From: Vicugna vicugna
Lineage: Eukaryota
Assembly: GCA_013265495.1 (NCBI GenBank)
Contig: MU057711.1
Location: 2,554,844-2,618,843, forward strand
DNA: 64,000 bases
Direction: 5' to 3'
Below are positions 48,421 to 60,305 of the stretch, piece after piece (within the stretch, counting starts at the first letter, position 1; every line of letters starts with the position of its first letter). Below the pieces are notes generated by a model. That model had not been told where the DNA came from, made no database searches, and saw only the letters and a program-made list of their open reading frames with translations. The position numbers and the translations under genes are program-made.

Positions 48421-49620
48421 ACATGTACCCATGTCTTTATATGTGAAACTTCATTTTCTAGGCAAAGTCCATCCTATTCTAGCAATGGTAGAATCATCAC
48501 CTCCAATGATATAGATGTAATACTTCTAATAATGCAACCTAACATTGTATTACTTAGGGAGGAAAAAGCATTATCTTGAATATCAAGATAACTTTAATCC
48601 TCTGGCTGAATCTAAACTAGAGATTAATGGAAAAATTGTCCTGCAATTTACATATATCTGGATGGATCTGAAAGAACTTGAGAGTCCCTGAGAGACATGA
48701 CTTGCTTCTGCTGGAGTGTATCATGTGACGAAGCCCAAAGCTGAGTCAGTGGAGGCAGTCCTGTAGGGTCCAATGGAGCAAATTTCCTCAGGTCAGGGGT
48801 GGCCAACTCAGGCATGTAGTGAATAAAGCAGGCCCCGTGTGGGTGATGGGCTAGTCCTGATGGGATTCCCTAATGTCCAGCTGACTTCTGTGCATGGAGA
48901 GTGCGCCCATGCGTATTTGTACGTTTTTTGCTCAGTTCATTCAACTTACGTGTCTAATAGAGGAGCCAATTTCTCTTAAAGATTTAAATGCTAATTTCAA
49001 GTGGAGTCCCCATAAACAAGTAGGATTGAGAGTACACATTTAAAATGACAGGTCGGCGACCCTACCAGCAGATATCATAGCTGTCAATTTATCACTGAAA
49101 TTACAATGAAATCTGTCCCAAAGCTACAGTAATGCTACAGCTTTTACCCACAGTTTGGTTGTTTCTGTATCTGACCTGCTGGGCTGCGATGTGCTCTGGG
49201 CTGACATGCAGTGGCAGTTTGTATGGTGGTTAGAGCCTGGCCTCATACACCTCGTGGCCTGGGTTTGACTCCCACGGCTGATGCTACTTAGCCACTTGGT
49301 TAAATGTCTTAACCATTTTAGGCCTTAGTTTCCTCATCTGTAGAATAGGGAGAAATAGCAGTGTCTGCCTCATGGTTGTTGTGATGATTAAATGAGTTAA
49401 TAAGCATGAAGTGCCTAGGATGATGTCAGTGCCGCCCAGCATCTCGCCCTGTCCTGTTTTACTATGATCTCTGTGCCTAAAAAGCATTTTCTCGGAACCT
49501 GACATCACAAGACCCTGGTGGCTGACTCGCTGATGCCTGGTGAGCCTTGGACCCAGCTGCTTCTCCCAAGAGAATTCTAAGTCAAGTTCTTGATTTTCAG
49601 GCTAAGCTGCCCACCCCCCC

Positions 49621-50465
49621 NNNNNNNNNNNNNNNNNNNNNNNNNNNNNNNNNNNNNNNNNNNNNNNNNNNNNNNNNNNNNNNNNNNNNNNNNNNNNNNN
49701 NNNNNNNNNNNNNNNNNNNNNNNNNNNNNNNNNNNNNNNNNNNNNNNNNNNNNNNNNNNNNNNNNNNNNNNNNNNNNNNNNNNNNNNNNNNNNNNNNNNN
49801 NNNNNNNNNNNNNNNNNNNNNNNNNNNNNNNNNNNNNNNNNNNNNNNNNNNNNNNNNNNNNNNNNNNNNNNNNNNNNNNNNNNNNNNNNNNNNNNNNNNN
49901 NNNNNNNNNNNNNNNNNNNNNNNNNNNNNNNNNNNNNNNNNNNNNNNNNNNNNNNNNNNNNNNNNNNNNNNNNNNNNNNNNNNNNNNNNNNNNNNNNNNN
50001 NNNNNNNNNNNNNNNNNNNNNNNNNNNNNNNNNNNNNNNNNNNNNNNNNNNNNNNNNNNNNNNNNNNNNNNNNNNNNNNNNNNNNNNNNNNNNNNNNNNN
50101 NNNNNNNNNNNNNNNNNNNNNNNNNNNNNNNNNNNNNNNNNNNNNNNNNNNNNNNNNNNNNNNNNNNNNNNNNNNNNNNNNNNNNNNNNNNNNNNNNNNN
50201 NNNNNNNNNNNNNNNNNNNNNNNNNNNNNNNNNNNNNNNNNNNNNNNNNNNNNNNNNNNNNNNNNNNNNNNNNNNNNNNNNNNNNNNNNNNNNNNNNNNN
50301 NNNNNNNNNNNNNNNNNNNNNNNNNNNNNNNNNNNNNNNNNNNNNNNNNNNNNNNNNNNNNNNNNNNNNNNNNNNNNNNNNNNNNNNNNNNNNNNNNNNN
50401 NNNNNNNNNNNNNNNNNNNNNNNNNNNNNNNNNNNNNNNNNNNNNNNNNNNNNNNNNNNNNNNNN
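49621..50465. other. Assembly gap (~845 N)
   Basis: Run of N flanked by C-runs on both sides. Confidence 1.
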
Positions 50466-50689
50466 CCCCACCCCCAACCCTTTAAAAAGTATTCATTATA
50501 GGAAATTTCAATCATGCACAAAAAGTAGAGAGAATGTTGAAATGAGTCCCCTTAAACCAGTCACCCAGATATACCAACCAGTCAACTTTCTTGACTTCCT
50601 TTTTACATGTTAAATTTTACTTGCAACCTAACAGGGCTTTTAAGGGTGTCTTCTTATTTATTTATTTATGCTTTAAGCAAATTATTATA

Positions 50690-51203
50690 ATTTTTATTTT
50701 GTTGTGTTAAGAACACCTAACATGAGATCTACCCTCTTAATAAGTTTTTAAGTGTACAGTAATACATTTTTATTGGCTACCAGTACAGTGCTGTATAGCG
50801 GATCTGTATAGTTTATTTGTCTTGCTTTGCTCAAAATTTACAGTCACTGATCAGCAACTCCCCATTTCCCCTCCCCCCAGCCTCTGACCACACCATTCCT
50901 CTCTTTGATTCTATGAATTTGCCTATTTTAAGTGCCTCATATAAGTGGAGTCATGCAGTATTTGTCCTTCTGTGACCAACTTATTTCACTTAGTGATAAT
51001 GTTCAACCATGCGGTTCATCTGTGTTGTTGTATATGGCAGAATTTCCTTCTTTTTAAATCTGAAGACTATTCAGTTGTGTGTAGTTACTGCATCTTCTTT
51101 ATCCAGTCATCGATTGAGGGAAATTTTGGTTGTTTCTGCTGTTGGCTATTGTGAATAGTGCTGCAATGAACATGAGGATGCTAATAGATCTTTGAAATCT
51201 TGA
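50690..51203 (-). mobile_element. L1MA-type 3' end
   Basis: taacatgagatctaccctcttaa...ataagtggagtcatgcagtatttgtccttctgtg...gtgaatagtgctgcaatgaacatg. Confidence 0.85.
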
Positions 51204-52400
51204 TATATTTAAAAGTGCTGATAGGAGAAAAAAAAAAAACCTGCCAACCAAGAATACTCTATCCGACAAAACTGTTCTTTAGAAATGAAAGAGGAATAAA
51301 GTCCTTCGAAGACAAACAATAGCTGGGGGAGGCTTGTAGACCTGCCTTACCAGAAACGCTTAAGGGAGTCTTTCAACAGTGACATGATAGCATAAGAAAG
51401 TATAAAACTCATTGGTCAAGGTAAATATGTAGGCAAATACAGAATACTATAATGGCAGTGGGTAAATCACTTTTAATTCCAGGACAAAAGTTATAAGACA
51501 AAGTATTAAAAATAACTATCACTAGCATCTATATTCATAGATACACAACATAAACAGATGTAAATTGTGACATAAATGTAAAGTGTGTTGGGGAGAGAAG
51601 TAAGTGTTGAGTTATTGTGTGCAATTGAGCTTCAGTTTTTTTGTTAATTGAAGTATAGTTAATTTACAATGTGTTAGTTTCAGGTGTACAGCAAAGTGAT
51701 TCAGTTTTCTATATATGTGTGTATGTATGTATATATACATTCTTGTTCAGATTCTTTTCTATTATAGGTTATTACAAGATATTGAATATAGTCCCCTGCA
51801 TAAGCAGGTCCTCGTTATTTATCTATTTTAGATATAGTAGTGTGTATCTGTTAATCCCGAACTCCTAATTTATCCCTCCTCCCCCCACCCCTTTGGTAAC
51901 CACAGTTTGTTTTCTATGTCTGTGAGTTTATTTCTGGTTTGTAAATGAGTTCATTTGTGTCTTTTTTTTTTAGATTCCACATACAAGTGCTATCACATGA
52001 TATTTGTCTTTGTCTGACTTACTTCACTTAGTATGATAATCTCTAGGTCCATCCACAAACTTAAGTTTTCAGCAACATAAAATAGACTCTTATAACTGTG
52101 AGCTATTCTATGTAAGCCCCATGGTAACCACAAAGAAAATACCCAGAGAAGCTACACAAAAGAAAAAGAGAAAGGAGTAAAAGCATACCAATACAAAGAT
52201 TCAACAAAACAGAAAGAGGGCAGTAAGAGAAGAAAAGATGGGCCAAAGCACTATAAGATGAACAGAAAACAGTGAACAAAACAGCAATGGTGAATCCTTT
52301 CCCTTTGATAGTTACTTTAAACATAAATGGGTTAAAGTCCCCAGTTCAAAGACACAGAGTGGCTGAATGTATTAAAAACTGTTCACTATCCACAAGAAAC
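51204..52400 (+). mobile_element. Old L1 fragment: ORF1 C-terminus, inter-ORF region and ORF2 endonuclease start (interrupted)
   Basis: CQPRILYPTKLFFRNERGIKSF (ORF1 C-terminal domain); IVTLNINGLKSPVQRHRVAECIK (cf. L1 endonuclease ITLNVNGLNSPIKRHR) in ORF 52272..52481. Confidence 0.9.
51636..52057 (-). mobile_element. Younger L1 3' end nested in the older L1
   Basis: Same family as 42502-43012 (aattgaagtatagtt...tagattccacatacaagtg...); degenerate TSD gagcttcagtttt / aaacttaagtttt. Confidence 0.85.
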
Positions 52401-54965
52401 TCCTGGGGTTTTGTTTGGTTTTGTGTTTCTGCAGTCCAGCGTGCCCAGCAGTGCTGTGGGGCAGAAGCCCCATGTGGCTAGGGCTCACAGCCTGCTCCCC
52501 TGGCCTCATGAAATATTAGCCTGGTCAGGGGCACTATGAAGGCAGGGCTGGGCCTTGCTAGCACTGCCCTGTAATTAGTCCGACCGCCTTGAGGGTTCAT
52601 CTCCTGGTGGCTCCAGTCTGGGCAGTTTCTGTTTCCCTATAAAGGGGTCGGGCAGGTGGATTATGTGTGATCTCTGTTTTGACCTTGGTGTTGTCAGTAA
52701 CCTTTCCTGCCAGTTCAGCCTTCCTGTCTCTGGAAGAGGCCCAGCCCTTTCTAGGACTGTTGGGCCCAGCCTCGTCTCTATATTGACCCTTCTGTGCTTG
52801 TATGGGTGCTATGGGAACATATCAATACCTCCTGTGAGACTGGCGTACGCCCAATGGAAGAAGCAGAATTGCCCATGGACGTTCGTACCCTCCTATACGT
52901 CAACACCAACAAATGCTAATGATACTCAGAAACAGTCATCCTTTTGGGCAGGGAGGGGAATCATCCTTCTTTTCTATGACAAGTACCTTTCTATGTATTT
53001 TATATTACCCTTTAGTTTTATTTATTGAACAAACATTTATATACAGCTTCAGATGAGCCAGGCACTGTTCTAAGTACTTTATAAAAATTAACCTATTTTA
53101 ATCATCACAACAGTTCCACGGAGTAGATACTATCGTTTCCCCATGATACAAAGGAGGAAACTGAGACACAGAGAAGGTAGCAACTTGCCCAGCATCACAC
53201 AGCTGGTGGGCGACAGAGCCAAAACCCAAAGCTTGGGGCAAAATCCAGGCCCCACCCTACGCAGGCTGTTGGCACCTGAGGCACCGTCTGCGCTCCTGGC
53301 CATTAGGACTCGACCTGTTGTGAGATTAACCTTGAGAAGTATTATTTTCTGAGGTGCACATAGTCAGGCTGAGCTGCTGGGGTCCTGCCTGGGATATTTT
53401 ATATGTTTGCTGTTTCTCCGTCTGTGAGCTATCCGTTTTTCACTCGTGGGGCAGGACATGTGGGGCTGAAGTTGCTATGTGCTGAGCTGACCCAGCATCT
53501 GACTGAGGGAAGCATTCAGATCGCACAAATCTCCTTGTGGCACTTCTGCTCCTGGGAGAGGCAGTCCTGAGAGACTGACCAGTGGCTGTGCAAGTGGGCG
53601 ATAGCCCTTTGGGGTGGCCTGAGGAGCAGAGGAAGGACCGAGGTCAAGTGCTGGCTAGATTAGCCCTATCATGAGTCTGTAGAATCATGGACTGTTGTAG
53701 CCCCGCCTCCTCCCATTGTACCAGTGGGGAAACAAAGGCAGGATGTGAGGCTCCCCAGGCAAGCATCCCACTGCTCCCTTCACTACTTGTCTCCCAGGAG
53801 GCAGGACGGGGAAGGTAGGGCAGAATTGCAGAGGGATTTGAGTGGGTCGGGAATTGGCAGCCATTGAGGGCTGTAGAGCAGGGGAGGGATGTTGTGAAAA
53901 AAAAAGTAGTGTGCCATCTGGATCGGGGTGTGGGTCAAGGTGCAAGTGTTCCCCAGGTAGCCGACCTCAGGCTGGGATCCTGGCTGGACCAAGAAATCAG
54001 GCGAGGAGGCTGCCTTGGGGCAGGCCGGGATGCTGTGTGGGCAGGCGACAAGTAACCCAAGGGGATGCTGTCTGCTTGTGAGTGGAGCAGTCTGGGCTGG
54101 GTGTGGGATGTCATGGTCTCGGTCTCAGGTTGGAGAGGCCCCTTTGCACCTGCCCAATTTGCATTCTGGGCAGTGACTTGGCTACTGCCGAGGACAGAGC
54201 TGGCTGGGGCTGCAGGGAGATGCCGGGCCTGTGTTTTGAACAGGAGCCAGGGCTGGATTCTGGAATAGGCAACCGGCCCAGGTCCAGTCCTTGTTGGCCC
54301 CAGATCAGTGAAAGCTGTCGTAGGGCCAGCACGTTGCTGCCGCCACCGCCTAGGGGCTGCTGAGCCGGGTGGGGCCTCCTGGGGTTGCTCTCCCCAGAGT
54401 CACTGGCTCTGAGTACATTACTGGCATGTCCTGGCCTGCTGGGGGCGGGCCCTGCCCCTGCCTCATGCCCCCCCGCCCCGGGATTCTGCTCCCATTCGGC
54501 CCTACTTGACATCTCACCCAGGATGGTTTTACCAACACACAGAGAAAATACAGGACCCGAAGAGAAGACGAAAAGGAGGGTTAGCTGTTTACTCCTTTAG
54601 CGGCTGTTCTGTGTTCTAGGCACTGTGCCAGGCCTGCGGGGCCTTCAGGAATGAGGAAGAAATGTACGGTCCTTGTCCTTGGTGGGCGTGTCTAGCACAC
54701 GAGGAGCCTGGCTCTCCACAAGTAGTCGTCAGACAGAGGACTAAGGACAACAATCAGGGTGTCACAGGTGGCCGGGGGGGACAGAGTGGGGACCATACTG
54801 AGTCTGGCAGTCTCAGGACGGCTTCTCCAAGAAGGGGCATTAAAGCTGAGGCAGAAGTAGCTAGAAGGAGAGAGTGTGGAGAGTGTCCTGGGCAGAGGTG
54901 AGGGTGGACAGGTTGGAAGGCGTTGACCGTGGGGCAGTTGCAGGTGGGCATGGGCAAGGTCCGTT

Positions 54966-55100
54966 GTAGGTCAGGCTACCAGTGGCCCATTTACCCAAGA
55001 CAGTTCAGCCACTCCTGTTGTCCTGGCCTGGTTATTAACACTGCCCCCTTTCACTCTCAGACGTGTGCTGGTTTGGGCAGTGAAATTGTACAGGCATGCC
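54966..55100. mobile_element. MER94-like (hAT-Blackjack) element
   Basis: cctgttgtcctggcctggttattaacactgccccctttcactctcag...tggtttgggcagtgaaatt. Confidence 0.65.
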
Positions 55101-55369
55101 AGGCAGAGGTCCTCGGATCTTTGTTTTACTGATGAGGAAGCTGGGGCTCATGAGACTTGGGTTATTTTGCAAGGTCCTGGAATGAGGATGAGTCAGGGCT
55201 GGGATGGGAATGGAGCCTGCCTAACTTGAAAGCCCAGGCTTTCCCATAATCCCATGCTACCATCCTCAGTAAAGTATAAAGTTACAAACATATGCAACTT
55301 AAATACTCTCTGAGCACGGGCTCTGTGCCCAGCATTGTGCCAGGGGTGGGTGGGGTGAGAAGAGGCTGA

Positions 55370-55910
55370 ACTGAGCAGACAGTTTTTGACAGAAAACAAG
55401 CTCAAATTGGCTTAAGCAAAAAGGAGAAATTTAGTAGTTTAGGTAACTGAAAAGTCTAGGGGAAAGACTAGCTTCAGGCATAGTTTGATCCAGGTGCTCA
55501 GACAGTGTTGTCAGGATGCATTTCTTTTCTTTTCTTTTTAATTGAAGTATAGTCAGTTTACAATATTGGGTCAATTTCTGGTGTACAGCATAATGTTTTC
55601 TTTTATTTCACCTCCTGGTCCTCTTTTCCTCTGTGATGGCTTTTGTTCTTTGAATCTCTCTGTGAGGAGGCAAAATGTTCTCCTCAGTGTCAGATCCCCA
55701 CCCTCACATCTCACTAATGTTAGCAGAAAAAGAGCAGATGTTTCGGGTTTGTGTCTCTTTGGCCCAACTTGGGTCATGTGTTCAGCCTTGACTTGTCCCT
55801 GTGGCCAGGGATGTGCAGAGTTCTCAGTGGTCAGGCCTGGGACACATGTCCACTTTTGTGGTTGGGGGAGAAGTCAGCCCCGTCTACACCTCTTGGATGA
55901 AAGTGGTGAA
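55370..55910. mobile_element. MLT1-type LTR carrying a ~70-bp L1 tail insert (~55525-55595)
   Basis: acagaaaacaagctcaaattggcttaagcaaaaagg...gtaactgaaaagtctaggg...cttcaggcatag; insert attgaagtatagtcagtttacaat. Confidence 0.7.
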
Positions 55911-55914
55911 GGGG

Positions 55915-56094
55915 TAGGGTTTCCAGATAAAATGTAGGATGGCCAGTTCAATTTGAGTTTCAGATAAATAACATAATTTTTTAATATAAGTATATCCCAA
56001 ATACTTCATGGCACAGACTTATCTTAAACAGTATTGAATCTGAGATTCAAATTTCACTGAATGTCCTGTGTATTTGTGGAATCTGGCAAGCCTA
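55915..56094. mobile_element. MER53 palindromic hAT MITE
   Basis: Termini tagggtttccagat...atctggcaagccta; internal inverted symmetry; 8-bp TSD tgaagggg/tggagggg. Confidence 0.88.
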
Positions 56095-57506
56095 TGGAGG
56101 GGTGGCTCTTCAGGTGTTGTCAGGAGGAGGAGTGGGTGCTGAGGGGAGGGGTGGAGGTTGTCTGAGTCACGGGTACCCCCTGCAGAAGCGAAAAAAGGAA
56201 GGAAGAGCTTTCTTTCAGCCTTGGATTCCTCCTGAAGGTACAATCTGTGGATGTCAGTCAGCCCTGAGAGCTGTGGATGGTCAGTGAGAGAAGTCCTGGG
56301 GGATGAGGTGCCCAGAGAGGGCTTCCTTTACTTGAATTGGGCCTCAAAGAAGGCGAAGTATTCTTGTTGTGGGGGTGGGGTGGATGAGGGGAGAGAAAAT
56401 GTCTGTCCCTGCCTGCCTACCATTCAGGCCTGAGCCCTGGCATTGAGCCCCCTGGCCCCTCACCTCGCTGGCCAGTCCATGGGGTGATGCCTTTGTCTGA
56501 GACTAACCAGCTTGCTGTCCATCGGCCCGTCTGCTCCCTGTGAATTCACCAATGTGTCATTCCAATTACCCGGGTAGTTCAGTGGGGAGATGACTTAAAT
56601 CCACAGGAACCACAGAAGCAGAGCTGGAGACGAGGATCGTGTGCCAGTGGCTCATGGAGGACGTCCTCCCAGGGCAGACTGGCATGGGTGGGCAGAGAAG
56701 GGGGAGAAGGCAAGCAAGGCGTGGTTTCAGGCAGAGTCCTGGCTTTAGCCTGACCCTGTGGAGAGCTCTGGAGTATAAACTGTGGCTCAGAGTCTGTCCC
56801 CACGGGAGGCGAGGATGCTGAGTCACTGATCCAGGGCGGCCTGGTGGAGGGTGGGCTGGGGGTTGTACATTTCTCTGACCCTTCAGACAAAGCCAGAGGG
56901 CTGTCCTCTGAAGAAATCTCAGGTGTGGGCTGATGGCGGGGACCACACACTGAAGGTCGGGGTGGGAGGGATGCAGAAATGGTCAGAGACTTGGGGTGAG
57001 CCAGCAGCAAAGGATCAAGAGAAGTCAGGGAAATCCCACATGCAGTGAGCACCTGGAGGGGGTTCCTAATGCAAATAGTCTGTAAAGGCTTGAGAAGTCC
57101 CTCAGCAGAGCCAGGGATGCTTCCCAAACTACATGGACCACGGAACCCTGCCAGTGGAAACGCTTGTCAGAGTGCTCACTCCCCGGCTTCTGCTGGAGTT
57201 GAGGGGCTCTGGTCTTTATTTCTGGCCCCTGTGGGGGCTGATCTTTTGCTGCTCACTTTGGATGATCTGGATTCTGATCATGGCTCTGGCGTCGTTTGGC
57301 TTTGTGGCTCTGAGCAAGTCTTGTCACTTTTTGTGGCCTCAGTTTCTCCATCTGTACTCAGAACCCTTAACTGAAAGTTTGCAAGAAGTTTCAATGTGCA
57401 GTTTTATCTGTGTGGCACTTTTCTAGGGGGACATTCTTAGAGGGGTTTAGACTTTTCTGAATGAGGGTTCCATTCTGGCCCCATTGCCTGTGATCTGGGA
57501 GGCTGT

Positions 57507-57528
57507 ATGTGTGTGTGTGTGTGTGTGT
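57507..57528. repeat. (TG)n microsatellite
   Basis: atgtgtgtgtgtgtgtgtgtgt. Confidence 0.95.
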
Positions 57529-58744
57529 ACTGGTGTGCTCACGCACTGCACACAGGCACATACCAGGTGTCATATCCCAGGACCCGGGCCTTCCACCCAC
57601 GAGGCATTCCCAACCACGTTCTTGCCTTCGCTTTCAGAGCCTTAGTCTCCTCATCTGTAAAAAGGGTGATAGCTCCCTTGCTGATCTCCCAGGGTTGTTG
57701 TATGGGTCAGATGCCCCAAGGATTGCAGTGGCCAAGGGACAGGTGTGATGGATGGAGTCACTGCAGTGGGTGCCTTCTTGCCCCCAGGCCCAAGAACATC
57801 CTTAGACCTTAGATGCTGGCCACACAGCATCTCACAGACCTCCGTGGACTTCCCAGAGGACCACTGTGTTGTAATAGGGGTCTCAGATGTGGGCTGCTGA
57901 TCAGACAAGCAGGGGCAGGTAGCTTGATCCCCAAAACCTATTTCCTTCTTCCCTTCCTTCCTTCCTCTATCCCTCCCTTCCTTCTTTCCTTCCTTCTTTG
58001 CCTGAGAATGGAACTTGATGTGCAGCGGTTGGGAGGGAGGAGGGAGCTGCCTCCTTCCCCCACTTCCAGTGACAGCCCAATTTGACATGCTCAGCTGGCC
58101 TCATGCCATTTGTGAAATCAAAGCCTTGTCTGCATTACATGACCACAAAAGGGGGTCTTGCCAGCCCCCCACCCCCGGGCTTCCTATGCATGCACAGCCA
58201 AAGGCAGGGAGAAGTGGTGGGTTTCTGGCAGTGGCCTCTCCATGGTCTGTGAGCGAGGCATGGCTGTGGGAAGGAGCGATGGGGCATAGGGTGCAGAGAA
58301 GCCCGGAGCCTCCACCTCCCCTCCCAGCTAGGATCAGAAAACCACCCACTTCACTGGAGAGCTGTGGGCCTCACCACCTGCTCGGGCCAGGACCCTGCTG
58401 GCAGACTTCTGTGTGTTGGGCCTTCTAGAACTAGCTCGGGTCCCCATCTTTGTTTGCTTTCCTGTGCCTTCTTCCAAATGCCTGACTGTTATTTCTGATT
58501 GTAGGGGTCCTCATGCATGCTCATGACAGTTTGATGCCCTCCAGTCCGGTCCCCAGGCACAAACCCCTGGGGCCACTCTGGTGCTGGTCTCACCAGATGG
58601 GCCTCTCTGACTACATCGCGTGGAGACACACGCAGATAATTTTAGCAGATGCAATCAGATTCCCTTTGCTCTTTGGCAACTGCTTTTCTCTTTCAAGAAA
58701 ATGCAGGGAATGTTTTTCTGAGTCAGTAAATATAGAGCTGCATT

Positions 58745-59495
58745 TAGTTGTCAACACGTATTCGTGGCGTGTCTCCTCTGTCAGGCACCGATATATGTGT
58801 CAGATGGTGGGAAATGCCCCAGAGAAAACTGAGGCAGGGAAAAGGGTGAGGGAGTGGAGGAGGTGCTGCAGTTTTAAATAGGGGGCTTTCGAAGATCTCA
58901 CCCAGGTGACAAGGTGATGATGACCAAAGCCTGAAGGAGGGGGAGGGGGAGGGGATACTTGGAGAACGAATTCCAGGCAGAGGGAACAGCAAGTCCAAAG
59001 GCCTTGAGTTGGGACTGTGCCAAGCATGTTTGAAAAACAGCAAGGCCGCCAAGGTGGCTGGGACAGGGTGACCGCACAAGTACCAGATGAGGGCAGGGAA
59101 GTGATGTAACAGATTGGGCGGGGCTTTGTGGGGCATTGGGAGGAGTTTGGAGAATCGGGTGGGAGGTGGGTGCAGGCCATCATCCTGGTGAGGGATGAAG
59201 GCCTCTCTTCATGGCCTGGAGCACGTGGTTGGCGTGGAGGAGGGAGGACTCGGTGTCAGGGTACCTTCTGGAGGCCGAGCCAACAGGATGTACTGCGGAT
59301 TGAACAGAAGGGTTGAAAGAGACGTGGCAGGATGACTCCCGGGTTTCTGGCCTGAGCAGCAGGAAGGAGGGAGCTGCCCCAGATGGACCCAGGGAGGAAA
59401 TCGGTAGGGGGTGGGGGAAGGGGAGGTGGCAGAGCTGGGACACGTGGTGTCGGAGATGCTAGTCCAGCAGCTTGGTGGAGCCCTCGAGTAGGCGG
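58745..59495 (-). mobile_element. L2 LINE remnant
   Basis: ttccaggcagagggaacagcaagtccaaaggcc...ggatgactcccgggtttctggcctgagca. Confidence 0.85.
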
Positions 59496-60282
59496 GGGAG
59501 CTGCATCATTCTTTTGGTGGAACAGCCACTTTCAAAAGTTTAATTTCTTTTTACTATAAAAGCATTGCATGTTCTTGGTTAAAAAAAGAGAAAGAAAGGA
59601 GAGAGACAAGACAAAATTCAAATAATCCAGAACAGTTGGAGGGACCGCTCCCCAGCTTCCTGAGAGTAGCCACTACTATTGCATGCTGTTCCAGAAACAT
59701 TCCGGAGAGTATGCCTCTTTTGTTTACAGACACAGCAGGGTTGGACTCTAAGCTTTTCCTCACCTGCTCTCCCACCCGACGGCAGTGTGGACCCTGGGAT
59801 CTCTCACTCCCAATGTCTTTAACTCTTCTATTTTCTCACGGCCATCTCTTGTGTGACCCTCAGGGCACGCCTGTGTCACAGGCCCATTTTACAGGTGTGG
59901 ACACTGAGGCACAGATTGGGCAACACATAGTCAGCCAAGACCTGAATGATCTGAGTCCTCTGGGATCCCAGAGGTGCAACCCTTGATTCTGCCTCAGTTG
60001 GGTGGGGGGATGTTGCGAGTCTGCAGACACCCCACAGCAGGAGAGGGTAAGGCCTCACCCCACAGTCAAGGGCTCTCCTGGCAGAGAAAACAGCACAGGC
60101 AGGATTTGGAGGCCCCAAGGCAGGTGGTCCAGCCAGTGAGGGTGATGGTGAGAGCTCATCAAAGCTGGGTTATGGGGTGGGGAGGGGGCCCAGGAGAGAG
60201 GAAGGGAGGCCTGCTGTGGCTAGGATCAGGGGGGCAGGAAGATGACTCCTGCAACAGCTTCAAGGCCTGATGGGTGGGCTGA

Positions 60283-60305
60283 GTGTGTGTGTGTGTGTGT
60301 GTGTG
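60283..60305. repeat. (GT)n microsatellite
   Basis: gtgtgtgtgtgtgtgtgtgtgtg. Confidence 0.95.

Noticed and set aside
49547..50521. ~300-aa ORFs in several frames
   Set aside because: Artefacts of translating the N gap.
52272..52481. ORF with an endonuclease-like N-terminus
   Set aside because: Short decayed L1 ORF2 fragment; similarity ends after about 36 codons.
52630..52650. TATA-like CTATAAAG in intron 3
   Set aside because: Isolated motif with no CpG island or downstream exon support.
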